Of a DNA stretch of 64,000 bases, positions 48,391-55,994 are shown one piece after another. Within the stretch, counting starts at the first letter, position 1, and every line of letters begins with the position of its first letter. The notes below the pieces were generated by a model. The model was given only the letters and a program-made list of their open reading frames with translations, was not told the DNA's origin and did no database searches. The position numbers and the translations under genes were made by a program. This stretch comes from a virus. The DNA lies in IMG/VR virus record IMGVR_UViG_3300021961_000076, positions 4,287-68,286 of that record. The stretch is one strand, 5' to 3'.

Positions 48391-49431
48391 AAATCCTCCT
48401 GCTTCAGCAGAATAAGTAACTGTAGTTGCTCCGTCTCCTGTAAGGTTTAAGCTTCCTGAGTAATAATCTCTTCTATTAGCGCTTAAGATTGTACCTGCTT
48501 GTACGTTTGCAGATAATACTCCGGTTTCGCTGTTAATTGATAATCCACTACCGATTTTAATACCTCCTAGTGCGGAAGCTGTAGCAATAGGTAGTGAATA
48601 ATTGTTGGCGCTAGCTGCTATACCGTCTAACTTAGTCTTATCTGTAGAAGACATAAGTCCGGCTGTAGAAGTAGTAGCAGCAGAATAAGTAGTGTCTGTA
48701 TCTGTAGAACTAATTATAAATCCTCCTATCTGAGAGGAATACGTAACCGAGGTGGCACCGCTTCCTGTGAGGCTTAAGCTTCCGGAATAAAAGTTTTGCC
48801 TATCGGCGCTTAGGATAGTACCTGCTGGTGCGGTTACTACTCCGGTTGTTTTATTGACTGTTAAACCACTACCAATCTTAATACCTCCTAAAGCAGTGGT
48901 GGTAGCAATAGGTAACGTATATACAGTATCAACTAAGAAAGAGCTGGTCTGGGCTATAAGTCCATCTAGCTTGGTTCCATCTCCAGCTATATCTCTACCG
49001 TCTACTGTTCCGTTAACGGAGATATTGTTAGCAACCGATAGGTTTTTGATTGTGGTAGTTTGGGTATACGGGAAATAATTTATACCTGAAGAATCTCCTT
49101 TAGGAGAAGCATTTGATCCTACTGTACCAAAGTAAATACCGTAGACTTGAGCTGAACTACTATCTGCTGTAATGGTTAGCTTAGAAGCAGTAATGTTTGA
49201 ATTGACAGACAGTACCCCGGTACCGCCGTTCATCGTTAGACCGTTACCAACTTTGATTCCCCCCAATGTAGAAGAATTAGCCACGGGTAATGAATACCCA
49301 GAAACTGACCCAGCGATAACATTACCGTTGGCATCAGTACCTAATACGTTCTGGCTTGTTAGGTTTTCAAGCTTGAGATGTGCAAGGGAGCCAGAAGACC
49401 CATGCAACACCACCTTTTTCCATGATGGCAT
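44191..49431 (-). CDS. Long tail fibre protein (1746 aa)
   Basis: Repeats of LDGIAA.ANNYSLP.A...LGGIK.G, HTH motifs, APGTLDTLNEIAAAI coiled segment. Confidence 0.85.
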   Translation of the reverse strand: MPSWKKVVLHGSSGSLAHLKLENLTSQNVLGTDANGNVIAGSVSGYSLPVANSSTLGGIKVGNGLTMNGGTGVLSVNSNITASKLTITADSSSAQVYGIYFGTVGSNASPKGDSSGINYFPYTQTTTIKNLSVANNISVNGTVDGRDIAGDGTKLDGLIAQTSSFLVDTVYTLPIATTTALGGIKIGSGLTVNKTTGVVTAPAGTILSADRQNFYSGSLSLTGSGATSVTYSSQIGGFIISSTDTDTTYSAATTSTAGLMSSTDKTKLDGIAASANNYSLPIATASALGGIKIGSGLSINSETGVLSANVQAGTILSANRRDYYSGSLNLTGDGATTVTYSAEAGGFVISSTDTDTDTWRPLGTGATDAAAGNHTHDDRYLKIADTGSIIDYIVASAPGTLDTLNEIAAAIGDDANFSASIAAKIASKADANHTHDYLPLAGGTITRMVTAYTNLTNGEDWANSPISLRERDAVDSTQSADKYSPNLNFHWAGRVSKSLWMGANGKLNWGEYTAAGIPQADGTIKAATFEGALSGNATSATSATSASYAATGPFAATSHTHNYDNYGSWTISDRTNTGEIGSGTTLAVTGAGATSVSYDRNTGILTISSTDTDTNTWRPLGTGATDAAAGNHLHDDRYYTETEIDTKLAGYYNKTFQAFYVTGRGDTYYKVSFDVDQLDEIEIFRNYSDSIGGTDANWNNGSATHFGGMSITGKVQENAWGGMREFEDVHVTHNYTVIVGRIDMGDGAEYSKLNVWLRGGPNVRYFVRRKGGASTTVTVDLSSYINSPDTEYDNPYLNKVFYKDATLNIGGSIEVDGTVDGRDIATDGTKLDGIAANANNYSLPVASASVLGGIKVGTNLSITDGVLSSTDTNTVTSVGVTGDLTSGNITLAGSGATTITKSGGTITITSTDTDTTYSNATTERAGLMSTTDKTKLDGIAASANNYSLPLATSSVLGGVKIGYTASGKNYPVQLSNEQMYVNVPWTDTDTTYSDATTSRAGLMSTTDKSKLDGIAASANNYSLPVASASVLGGIKVGTNLSISEGVLSSTDTNTWRPLGTGATDAAAGNHTHDDRYYTETEVNSYLDGKLTNTWDSTTNVSNGFSDRVGGWNPSDDNYWDATLRSTSGRIYTDVSGRTADASGYSIDFAVPSGMKMMHISTLAWSNTGYFDVYGVKSNGTALWIKRINDFQDVQHESVSLDHAGSHMYKVEGVDRFTTIRLKGRVGRLHLQGVGWTKERGGGDSFNGFVHIDNVYSPSTILTSGNIGSYALTSLPSHTHDDRYYTETEVDTLLAGKQASGTYLTSLPSHDHDDRYFTETESDSRFLKLAGGTMTGTLTAPTIVPTLFHYAYGWRKYFKVRSVGVNGGSINGKWVHLFSVEIVGSYDKALIKAKLNGYDDVAIGTEVIHVLYENGGSTQENHDLYWYSIDNTASIFKAVKSIRTSASGLRNSYEVWAQMAGDWRDTFTMEVEFWEEENRALTFGTAAGQAEEPSGDSNDIVKTSRQWAVNSNLYIGGNITLAGTVDGRDIATDGTKLDGIAANANNYSLPIASASTLGGIKIGTNLSIDTNGVVSSTDTNTWRPLGTGATDAAAGNHTHDDRYYTETESDTRFARKDSTDSADLLGLVTVNVDMTLRTDWQATSIRGNTLSTGTYIVQVYVNDYAVGGGHYTEYYSGTMSWFGTATNSTVTDEIVLHRAGHAPNSGRIYLRTKRTPGANDGNMYLEMAGDTDNTGSSRYVFKFRRLI

Positions 49432-49442
49432 ATACTACTTAC

Positions 49443-49495
49443 ATTGAGGTTGGTTACAGGATAGTGCCTGCCCACTTCCCTTTCGGGCCTTCAAT
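49443..49495 (-). ncRNA. Candidate three-way-junction cis-regulatory RNA in the tail-fibre leader
   Basis: AUUGA-A-GG, CCC-GAAA-GGG, AAG, UGG-G-CAGG-CACUAU-CCUG-UAA-CCA, A, CC-UCAAU; lies between the late motif and the ATG. Confidence 0.5.
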
Positions 49496-49509
49496 CTAAT
49501 ATAAATAGA

Positions 49510-49659
49510 TTATTGTTTTGGAGTGGTAGCTGTAAGGTGTAAATCAACCTTATCTAGTAGCTCTGCAATCATTCTTACGCTGCTTCCTTGAAATGTAGCA
49601 TTCTCAACACACTGTTTAATGATCTGAAAGTCATTGTGTGTAAAATCTGGTTTTGACAT
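49510..49659 (-). CDS. 49-aa hypothetical protein (missing from the ORF track)
   Basis: MSKPDFTHNDFQIIKQCVENATFQGSSVRMIAELLDKVDLHLTATTPKQ*. Confidence 0.6.
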   Translation of the reverse strand: MSKPDFTHNDFQIIKQCVENATFQGSSVRMIAELLDKVDLHLTATTPKQ

Positions 49660-49661
49660 AA

Positions 49662-49841
49662 CTATTGACCTCCTAATTTAATGTATTGATTCTGTAGTTT
49701 TACTACTGCTCGGGTTAGGGTATCTAGCTCATCACCGGAGAATCTCATTTTTTTAATTTTGAGTAATAAGAATTCTAGCTCCTCGACCGTCAACTGGTTA
49801 GGATCTTCTTGTTTTTGTGTAACCTTATCTAATAACCCCAT
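49662..49841 (-). CDS. 59-aa hypothetical protein (missing from the ORF track)
   Basis: MGLLDKVTQ...LTVEELEFLLLKIKKMRFSGDELDTLTRAVVKLQNQYIKLGGQ*. Confidence 0.65.
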   Translation of the reverse strand: MGLLDKVTQKQEDPNQLTVEELEFLLLKIKKMRFSGDELDTLTRAVVKLQNQYIKLGGQ

Positions 49842-49868
49842 AAAATTTAGTTTAGTTTAATATAACTG

Positions 49869-50666
49869 TTAATTTCCTTCGCCACCGCCGCCGGAACTTA
49901 CAAACTCATTGCCTGAATCTACAGTATCGCCGTCTTTGGTATAGATGTAAATTTCTCCTGTAACAGTATCTACGAAAATTGAACCGTGACCGTAAGTATT
50001 ACCCCCGTACCTAGGAGCAACAGTAGGTGCTTCACCGGTTGCCCCTGTGTAGACAACACCTGCCCATGCTTGAGGAAGAGCAGCACCTGTATTAGTTTCT
50101 GCAACAGAGTCGTTGAACGACCACCTGTCTTGTGCATTATCGTAGAAGAAGGCTCTACCAAATTGAACACCTGATACAACACTTGTAGGTACGATGATAC
50201 CAGCGTCAGCTGTAGTAGATCCTGAACCTAGTAAGATGAATCGGTCTTCAACTGTTAAGTTTGTAGTGTTAATAACCGTTGATGAACCGTTAACAATTAA
50301 GTCTCCTTCGATAGTTACGTCTCTACCAAAAGTAGAACCTGAGATTGTTAATACATTGGCAGAAGCGTTCCAGGTAAACTGATCATCTCCGTATACGTTT
50401 TCACTGTCTAAATAGACTGCTACTTTTCCTGCAGATGCACCAGAGGTTCCAAGTAGGCCGCCGTCGAATACTCTTATATCGATTGATCTCTTTTTAAGAG
50501 TTCCGTCTGCTTCAGCAATTGCAACAATTTTAGAAGTGCCGCTTGTAGCAGAACCTGATAAATTAGCAAATTTTGCTACTGAACCTGTGATCGGACCATC
50601 TGCATATACGCTAGCTAATTCAGCTGCTGACCCTGATACTATAATCTTCTTCCATGCTGTTGCCAT
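49869..50666 (-). CDS. Tail fibre-associated structural protein
   Basis: N-terminal WKKIIVSGS; GDLIVNG.STVINTTNL.VED.FI.L motif. Confidence 0.7.
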   Translation of the reverse strand: MATAWKKIIVSGSAAELASVYADGPITGSVAKFANLSGSATSGTSKIVAIAEADGTLKKRSIDIRVFDGGLLGTSGASAGKVAVYLDSENVYGDDQFTWNASANVLTISGSTFGRDVTIEGDLIVNGSSTVINTTNLTVEDRFILLGSGSTTADAGIIVPTSVVSGVQFGRAFFYDNAQDRWSFNDSVAETNTGAALPQAWAGVVYTGATGEAPTVAPRYGGNTYGHGSIFVDTVTGEIYIYTKDGDTVDSGNEFVSSGGGGEGN

Positions 50667-50701
50667 GTTGTGTACTGTTTAATGTTTATATAAATAGGTC
50701 G

Positions 50702-51265
50702 TTAATTCTCATTTTCTTTGCCAGGGTCTGCTGGGGAGATTGGGTCTGAGAGACCTAGATGACCTACGTAGTAACCTTCTCCTAAAGATCCTAATCCTGA
50801 AGCATAAATAATACCGGTAGTAACCGTAGGAGGTTCTGCTTTTACCGGCAGTTTAGTTATACCCTCTGATGTTACTTCTAAGATAGTGCTTCCTGATGAA
50901 TTTTTTAATATTAACGGGGAAGTGGTATCCGGTGTTGTTATTGTAGCTTGAGTGAGTGTGATACTGTTAGCTAAATCTAAATAAACTTTACCGTCTACTG
51001 CTTTGGTAGAGATATTTCTACCTCCCATAATAGAGAGGTTTGTTGTTGCGACATCTACTATAATATTGCCAGAGTCTGTACCTGTGGTAATCTTTGTTAC
51101 ACCGCTTCCAGTGGTAGTAGTTGTGGTAGTACTTGTGGTAGTATTAAGTACAATCTTACCGCCTTCATCTTCAATTTCTCTAATAATTTTACCGCTTGCA
51201 TCTACTGAGAGAGAAGCTTTTCTAAGGTTAGCTAATGCTAATGCGGTAAGACGAGTAGATGCCAC
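50702..51265 (-). CDS. Putative virion structural protein (GTG start)
   Basis: Thr-rich linker, beta-rich; late-type motif at 51279-51287. Confidence 0.6.
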   Translation of the reverse strand: MASTRLTALALANLRKASLSVDASGKIIREIEDEGGKIVLNTTTSTTTTTTTGSGVTKITTGTDSGNIIVDVATTNLSIMGGRNISTKAVDGKVYLDLANSITLTQATITTPDTTSPLILKNSSGSTILEVTSEGITKLPVKAEPPTVTTGIIYASGLGSLGEGYYVGHLGLSDPISPADPGKENEN

Positions 51266-51288
51266 AGAATAATTTTATTATAAATAGG

Positions 51289-51309
51289 AAAAGCCGGCGA
51301 TTGCCAGCT
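51289..51309 (-). terminator. Terminator followed by a late-type motif
   Basis: AGCTGGC-AATC-GCCGGCT-TTT, then CCTATTTATA. Confidence 0.6.
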
Positions 51310-51331
51310 CCTCGCTATATCTTAGTAAATA

Positions 51332-51697
51332 TTAAAGTGCGTCAGTAGCAGCACTAAAATCAGGTGTAGTCTTAAGGTAAGCGTATGCTTGCTCAATCCA
51401 AGTGCTATCTGAATCTAGATCAACTTGGAAACCAAAGTGAGTTCTAGAAAGTGACTCTGAGTGAGCATTACGAGCTTCTAAAGAGGCATAGGTTAAAACA
51501 TCACCAGAAGCGTTAGCTGTCTTAGTCCATTGAGTTTCGTATACCGGCGGTACTGGTTCACCATTTTCATCAATAGATCCAGTAGACACTACTACGGGTG
51601 CTTCATATTCGTGTACGTTATAATTTAGATTACCAATTCTATGATAAGCATCTTCAAATGTAACGCCAAATTTAGAAAAATCGCTTGTTAGTCCCAT
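51332..51697 (-). CDS. Tail-fibre-associated small protein (possible chaperone)
   Basis: G.TF.DAYHRI...QAYAYLKT..DF..A.D. Confidence 0.55.
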   Translation of the reverse strand: MGLTSDFSKFGVTFEDAYHRIGNLNYNVHEYEAPVVVSTGSIDENGEPVPPVYETQWTKTANASGDVLTYASLEARNAHSESLSRTHFGFQVDLDSDSTWIEQAYAYLKTTPDFSAATDAL

Positions 51698-51720
51698 GTT
51701 GTTATTTTTAATATAAATAG

Positions 51721-51939
51721 TTATACTTCTACCTCTACAACTTTGTACTGTCTGTCTGTAGGATCAGCAGCCTGTAATTCAGCTGCCTTAGCATCGGCTT
51801 CTGCCTGAGTATCAAACTCATCAACAGTATCGTCGTTGTTAAGTTTTTGTACCCAGATCTGTCTTTTAGCCCAGTTAGGGTCATTGGCATCGTAGCCAGC
51901 CGGAATAAGTTGTTTTAAAACTCTATAAGTTGTCGCCAT
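51721..51939 (-). CDS. Hypothetical protein
   Basis: 72-aa ORF in the fibre module. Confidence 0.6.
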   Translation of the reverse strand: MATTYRVLKQLIPAGYDANDPNWAKRQIWVQKLNNDDTVDEFDTQAEADAKAAELQAADPTDRQYKVVEVEV

Positions 51940-52102
51940 CGTTTAGTTTTTTATATGTAATAAGTTGATTAATATACTCCTGTCTTCTTTTGCATCCGCA
52001 ATCAGACTTTCCTCTTGCTTTTGCTATTTTTTGTGCTAATCGATCTATGCCGGTAGCATGAGTGACTCTAGCAATAGTATCTCCTAACCCTTTATCTTCC
52101 AT
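51923..52102 (-). CDS. 59-aa GLGD/CGC-motif protein (missing from the ORF track)
   Basis: MEDKGLGDTIARVTHATGI...DCGCKRRQEYIN. Confidence 0.7.
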   Translation of the reverse strand: MEDKGLGDTIARVTHATGIDRLAQKIAKARGKSDCGCKRRQEYINQLITYKKLNDGDNL

Positions 52103-52117
52103 AGTCCTTTATTATAA

Positions 52118-53227
52118 TTATGGGTAAATATTCTGGGTGAAGTCTGCTGTAGTTACTGTTAACTCTATATTAAATCCAGTATAGTCCTCTTCTGTAGAGT
52201 TTGCTCCATTTCCAAGTTCAAAATGTACCATGTCTGAATATATGTTAGCAATGTCATTTGGATCAGGAGGAGTACCGCTGTTATAAAGTGTGCTAACGTC
52301 AGTTGTTGTTGCTGCATACATGTTTGTATAGCTTACCCATCCTATCCATCCGAGCCATACACCCGGAGCGCCAGTTGTGAGTCCTCCTAAATGTGCTTGA
52401 CCTATTTTCCAATACTGGTCTCCGGTGTAGTTTATATTCGATGGGCCGCCGTTGCCGCTGGTAGCATATGACATATTCTTTAGAGCGCTAGTGTTCCAGT
52501 ACACTTTAAATTTATCTACATTTTGTCCTTGGTTAGCATCGTATACAAAAACTAAATGTACAAATCCGTTACCGTTTGGATTACCAGGCTGGGAGTTAAC
52601 GTTCCAGGTATCAGCGTCAGTTACCCCAGTTTCATTAACATTAGCACCGCTTCCGTCTAAAGGTACTTGCCATACTCTATTGTTAGCAGAACCGGAAGCG
52701 GCAGAAATAGTAAGCTGTAGGTAGTTATCTGTACCGTTGGTGTAGTAGGGAACATAGTTAATATCACAAATGTATCCGTTTGACTGATCATCAATCCACC
52801 ACAGTCCATGTAGACGTTGGTAACCTGGATCGCCGTTTGAATAGGGCCCTATACCGTCTGGTCTTACCCACATTGAAAGTGTCCATTTCTCCGTCAGGTC
52901 GGCTTGAAGTTTAGCTTCTGGGTCGTTACCTATTCGGTTGGTGCTCTGTAGCTTATCAGTACCATCTACCCCTCCATCAAAGTAGTATGAAGCAGTAGCG
53001 AATGGACATGGTGCATCATGATCATAATTTCTCCATTCAGACATCTTAGCTGGGTTAGCAGCCAAAGGGTAAGAAGGAGAACAAATATTGATAGTAGCAT
53101 ACGTACCGTTCTCGGCTGGATCTAAAGAAGTAGAAGCAGCAGTATACGGACCGCTAGTATAGTTAGCTGCCTGTAACTCCTGTCTAATCTTACCTAATGA
53201 TATCTCTCCTGAACCTGGTACTGCCAT
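52118..53227 (-). CDS. ConA/LamG-like receptor-binding protein
   Basis: N-terminal P.SG.ISL fibre-tip docking-type motif; WTLSMWVRP, HLVFVYD, KVYWN. Confidence 0.7.
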   Translation of the reverse strand: MAVPGSGEISLGKIRQELQAANYTSGPYTAASTSLDPAENGTYATINICSPSYPLAANPAKMSEWRNYDHDAPCPFATASYYFDGGVDGTDKLQSTNRIGNDPEAKLQADLTEKWTLSMWVRPDGIGPYSNGDPGYQRLHGLWWIDDQSNGYICDINYVPYYTNGTDNYLQLTISAASGSANNRVWQVPLDGSGANVNETGVTDADTWNVNSQPGNPNGNGFVHLVFVYDANQGQNVDKFKVYWNTSALKNMSYATSGNGGPSNINYTGDQYWKIGQAHLGGLTTGAPGVWLGWIGWVSYTNMYAATTTDVSTLYNSGTPPDPNDIANIYSDMVHFELGNGANSTEEDYTGFNIELTVTTADFTQNIYP

Positions 53228-53231
53228 AATC

Positions 53232-53570
53232 TTATTCTAAATCTTGAATTGGTGCTGTCCAAGCTTCAGTAGCAAGTAAAGCAAGAATCTCTTCGTGGTT
53301 GTATTCTGTATAAGCTTCTGAATAGATAGAAGGTCTTCCGTATACTCCGGCTTCTACTGTGGTAGTTACTTCTTCTCCAGTTTCAATGTCATTATGAGTC
53401 TGAGTGTATGTCTCTTCTACTACCATTACTTCATACTTAACAAAAGTTTCACTTCCGTCTACAGAATATCTTAGAGAATCTGCTGAAGTTTCTAGAACCT
53501 GATTAAAGTCTACATTCTCTACTTCGGTGGCTGGGATAACTAACCAGCGTCTGTTAGGAAATCTGCTCAT
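53232..53570 (-). CDS. Hypothetical virion-associated protein
   Basis: VDF.QV.ETS..SLRYS.DG..TFVKY...Y.HEEIL. Confidence 0.6.
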   Translation of the reverse strand: MSRFPNRRWLVIPATEVENVDFNQVLETSADSLRYSVDGSETFVKYEVMVVEETYTQTHNDIETGEEVTTTVEAGVYGRPSIYSEAYTEYNHEEILALLATEAWTAPIQDLE

Positions 53571-53590
53571 AGTGTTTTTATATAAATAGA

Positions 53591-54787
53591 TTACATGTTA
53601 AATCGGCCTTTGTATAAATTAAAGTTGTTTCTTACCTCTATGGCCGTAAGTGCTCGGTTGTAATATTTAGCTACTGGTATTTCACCGTGGTACCACTCTC
53701 CGTATGCTCCTGAAAAGGCTCTTCTTCCTCCAATGTAGATATTAGTGACACGTGCTCCGCTTTTTGCGGATGTAACCGTATTACCTAGACTACCGTTTAA
53801 ATATATACGTATATCATCAGTTCCATCCCAAGTTCCAACTAAGTGGTAGTACACTCCTTTAGATAAACCGCCTATGTCGCACCCGCTTCCGCCAGACGCA
53901 TCTCTTACATACAATCCTACACTATCACCACCATGTTTATTAAGCCCGTACATTCCTGAGTAAGAGCTGCCATTACCAAATATATTACTCCTATACCCGT
54001 TGTCCCAAGTTGCTGTAGGATCTACCATGAATATACATTCCATAGTAAATGGTTGTGAGTAATCTGAAATTCCAACGGCGGAGATACTCATGTAGTCACT
54101 AGTACCGTCAAAAACTTTCTGTGCACTGCTATCAAATGATACGGTTGATATGTCAATTGTTGAATTGCCTGTAAGATCTAATAAACCTTGTGTGGCTGAT
54201 CGAGTGCCGTTTACAAATGGAGTTTCATGGGATTTAGCTTCAATTTGTACGTTTGTTAATCGTAGTACAGCATTTGCGCCGTTTACTGTTACGTTGTCTA
54301 TCCATTGGGTAAATCCAACTATACCGGTAGAGTTTATAACTCCAGACCACGTCATGTGTATCTTTTGAACTGGTTTATCACTAATAGTTACCTTATCTGC
54401 TGAATCCGAACCTGCAATATGATATGGGTAGGGTCCTGTGTTTCCTTGTCCAATTGTAATAGAACTAAAGGTACAATTTGTTTCACTTACAAATTCTACA
54501 TCTGCCGATATTGTAATATACGAGCCAATATAAGAAGATACACTCCAGTAAAAAGTTCTCCAAGCTGATCCTACTGCAGCACTATTTTGCTGGGTAGTTA
54601 TTAGAAAAGTCTTAGTGTTACTATCTACAACACTGTAAGTACCCTGCCACCCATTTTGGGATGGAGTGTCTGTAGTTAAGTTAGTCGTAGGCTCTCCCTT
54701 ATAACTATTCCTAGTATCTCCAGTATCGTATGCAAATACTAATGCATCCGTACCTGCTATCTTTCCGTATCCGTGTCTTACTGCCAT
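53591..54787 (-). CDS. LamG-like protein with an inserted CBM-like domain
   Basis: LVF.YD.G...SY, FDGT.DY, YHLVGTWDG, IYLNG, YYNRALT..EV..NFN. Confidence 0.75.
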   Translation of the reverse strand: MAVRHGYGKIAGTDALVFAYDTGDTRNSYKGEPTTNLTTDTPSQNGWQGTYSVVDSNTKTFLITTQQNSAAVGSAWRTFYWSVSSYIGSYITISADVEFVSETNCTFSSITIGQGNTGPYPYHIAGSDSADKVTISDKPVQKIHMTWSGVINSTGIVGFTQWIDNVTVNGANAVLRLTNVQIEAKSHETPFVNGTRSATQGLLDLTGNSTIDISTVSFDSSAQKVFDGTSDYMSISAVGISDYSQPFTMECIFMVDPTATWDNGYRSNIFGNGSSYSGMYGLNKHGGDSVGLYVRDASGGSGCDIGGLSKGVYYHLVGTWDGTDDIRIYLNGSLGNTVTSAKSGARVTNIYIGGRRAFSGAYGEWYHGEIPVAKYYNRALTAIEVRNNFNLYKGRFNM

Positions 54788-54793
54788 AACTTA

Positions 54794-55993
54794 CTAAATA
54801 TTAAATCTGCCTTTGATGGCGTTGAAGTTTGATTTGACCTCTGAGGCTGTGAGCGTTCGGTTGTATATTTTTGCAATAGGAAGCTCGCCGTTCATAGTTC
54901 TACTGTCTCCTCTTCCTATAGAGATAGAAGATGAGTTTTGATACGGGTTACTGGTTAATGTAGTTTCATTTTCTAAAACTCCGTTTATGTAGATTTTCCA
55001 ATTATAACCACTATCAAAAGTAGCCACTACGTGATAATACTGTCCGTTAGTAACAGTTGTAGAGGAGTATAAATTATTCTGATTTGCTGATTGGGCATCA
55101 TAACATATCATGGCAATTAGGTTACCTCCAGCATTATTAGCTCTTAGTCCGTAAACAGCTCCTCCACTATATCCTCCCTCTTTTTGAAACATTACATGGT
55201 ACCCACTAAATGCAGTACCGTTAGCTTTGAATACAGCTTCTAGTGTGTGAGCTGTAAGTATGTTCCAAGTAGCAGATGGAATTTGTATTATATCATCCGT
55301 ACCATCAAAAGTCATTTGTGCATTACTGTCAAATGATACGTTTGTTAGATTGATTGTTGAATTGCCTGTGAGATCTAGTAAGCCTTGGGTGGCTGATCGA
55401 GTACCGTTAGCATATTGAGTTCTATGATCTTTTATTTCAAATTGAGCTTCATAAACATCAAATGTTTCTCCTACGTAGCTTGTGTTACTGCTTGTATTTA
55501 TGCCGAAGGTAAGTATACTAGCTCCTGTTGGATTAGATGAAAATACAAAAATATAGGTAGTTAGGTACCATCCTTGCCCTATATTAACTGTGTCTGCTGT
55601 CTCGGAAGTAAAGCTATTATTATTTCCTTCTGGGTATCCTTTATATGCTGAAACGCTTATACTTGGAGAAGTTGTTGTAGTACCGTTATACTTCCACTTA
55701 AAAGAAAACGTATAAGCTACTCCTGTGGTTAATCCACTTGGAAATATTGCTGCTCTAGCAGTGTTTACTGCATTAGTAATTGTGTACCTCTTAGCAGTAA
55801 TTGATTTATTGTTTTCATTTAAGACTGTAGTATCTACAGGTCCAGATGCGTATGCGTACAGTCCGTAATTAAAAGTACCGGGTACATAGTTAGTTGTAGG
55901 CTCTCCTTTATAAGAATTGCTTACATCTCCTAAATCATAGCCAAAGACTAGATTCTCTTCTCCGTATGTATTTGGTCCTACTGCTGTTGGCAT
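54794..55993 (-). CDS. LamG-like protein with an inserted CBM-like domain (paralog)
   Basis: Same architecture and shared segments with 53591-54787. Confidence 0.75.
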   Translation of the reverse strand: MPTAVGPNTYGEENLVFGYDLGDVSNSYKGEPTTNYVPGTFNYGLYAYASGPVDTTVLNENNKSITAKRYTITNAVNTARAAIFPSGLTTGVAYTFSFKWKYNGTTTTSPSISVSAYKGYPEGNNNSFTSETADTVNIGQGWYLTTYIFVFSSNPTGASILTFGINTSSNTSYVGETFDVYEAQFEIKDHRTQYANGTRSATQGLLDLTGNSTINLTNVSFDSNAQMTFDGTDDIIQIPSATWNILTAHTLEAVFKANGTAFSGYHVMFQKEGGYSGGAVYGLRANNAGGNLIAMICYDAQSANQNNLYSSTTVTNGQYYHVVATFDSGYNWKIYINGVLENETTLTSNPYQNSSSISIGRGDSRTMNGELPIAKIYNRTLTASEVKSNFNAIKGRFNI

Positions 55994-55994
55994 A

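Larger units (their letters stand above)
36402..53589 (-). promoter_or_regulatory. Recurrent late-type motif (C/A)TATTTATA upstream of structural genes
   Basis: Plus-strand TATAAATA at 36402, 37443, 38021, 39802, 40800, 41177, 49500, 50689, 51279, 51712, 53581 (also 19654, 22440, 27287), each in an intergenic gap, mostly 10-30 nt before a start codon. Confidence 0.7.

Noticed and set aside
36402-53589. T4 gp55-type late promoters (TATAAATA) driving plus-strand transcripts
   Set aside because: The motif is consistently just upstream of minus-strand starts and there are no plus-strand genes to drive, so it is read as TATTTATA on the coding strand
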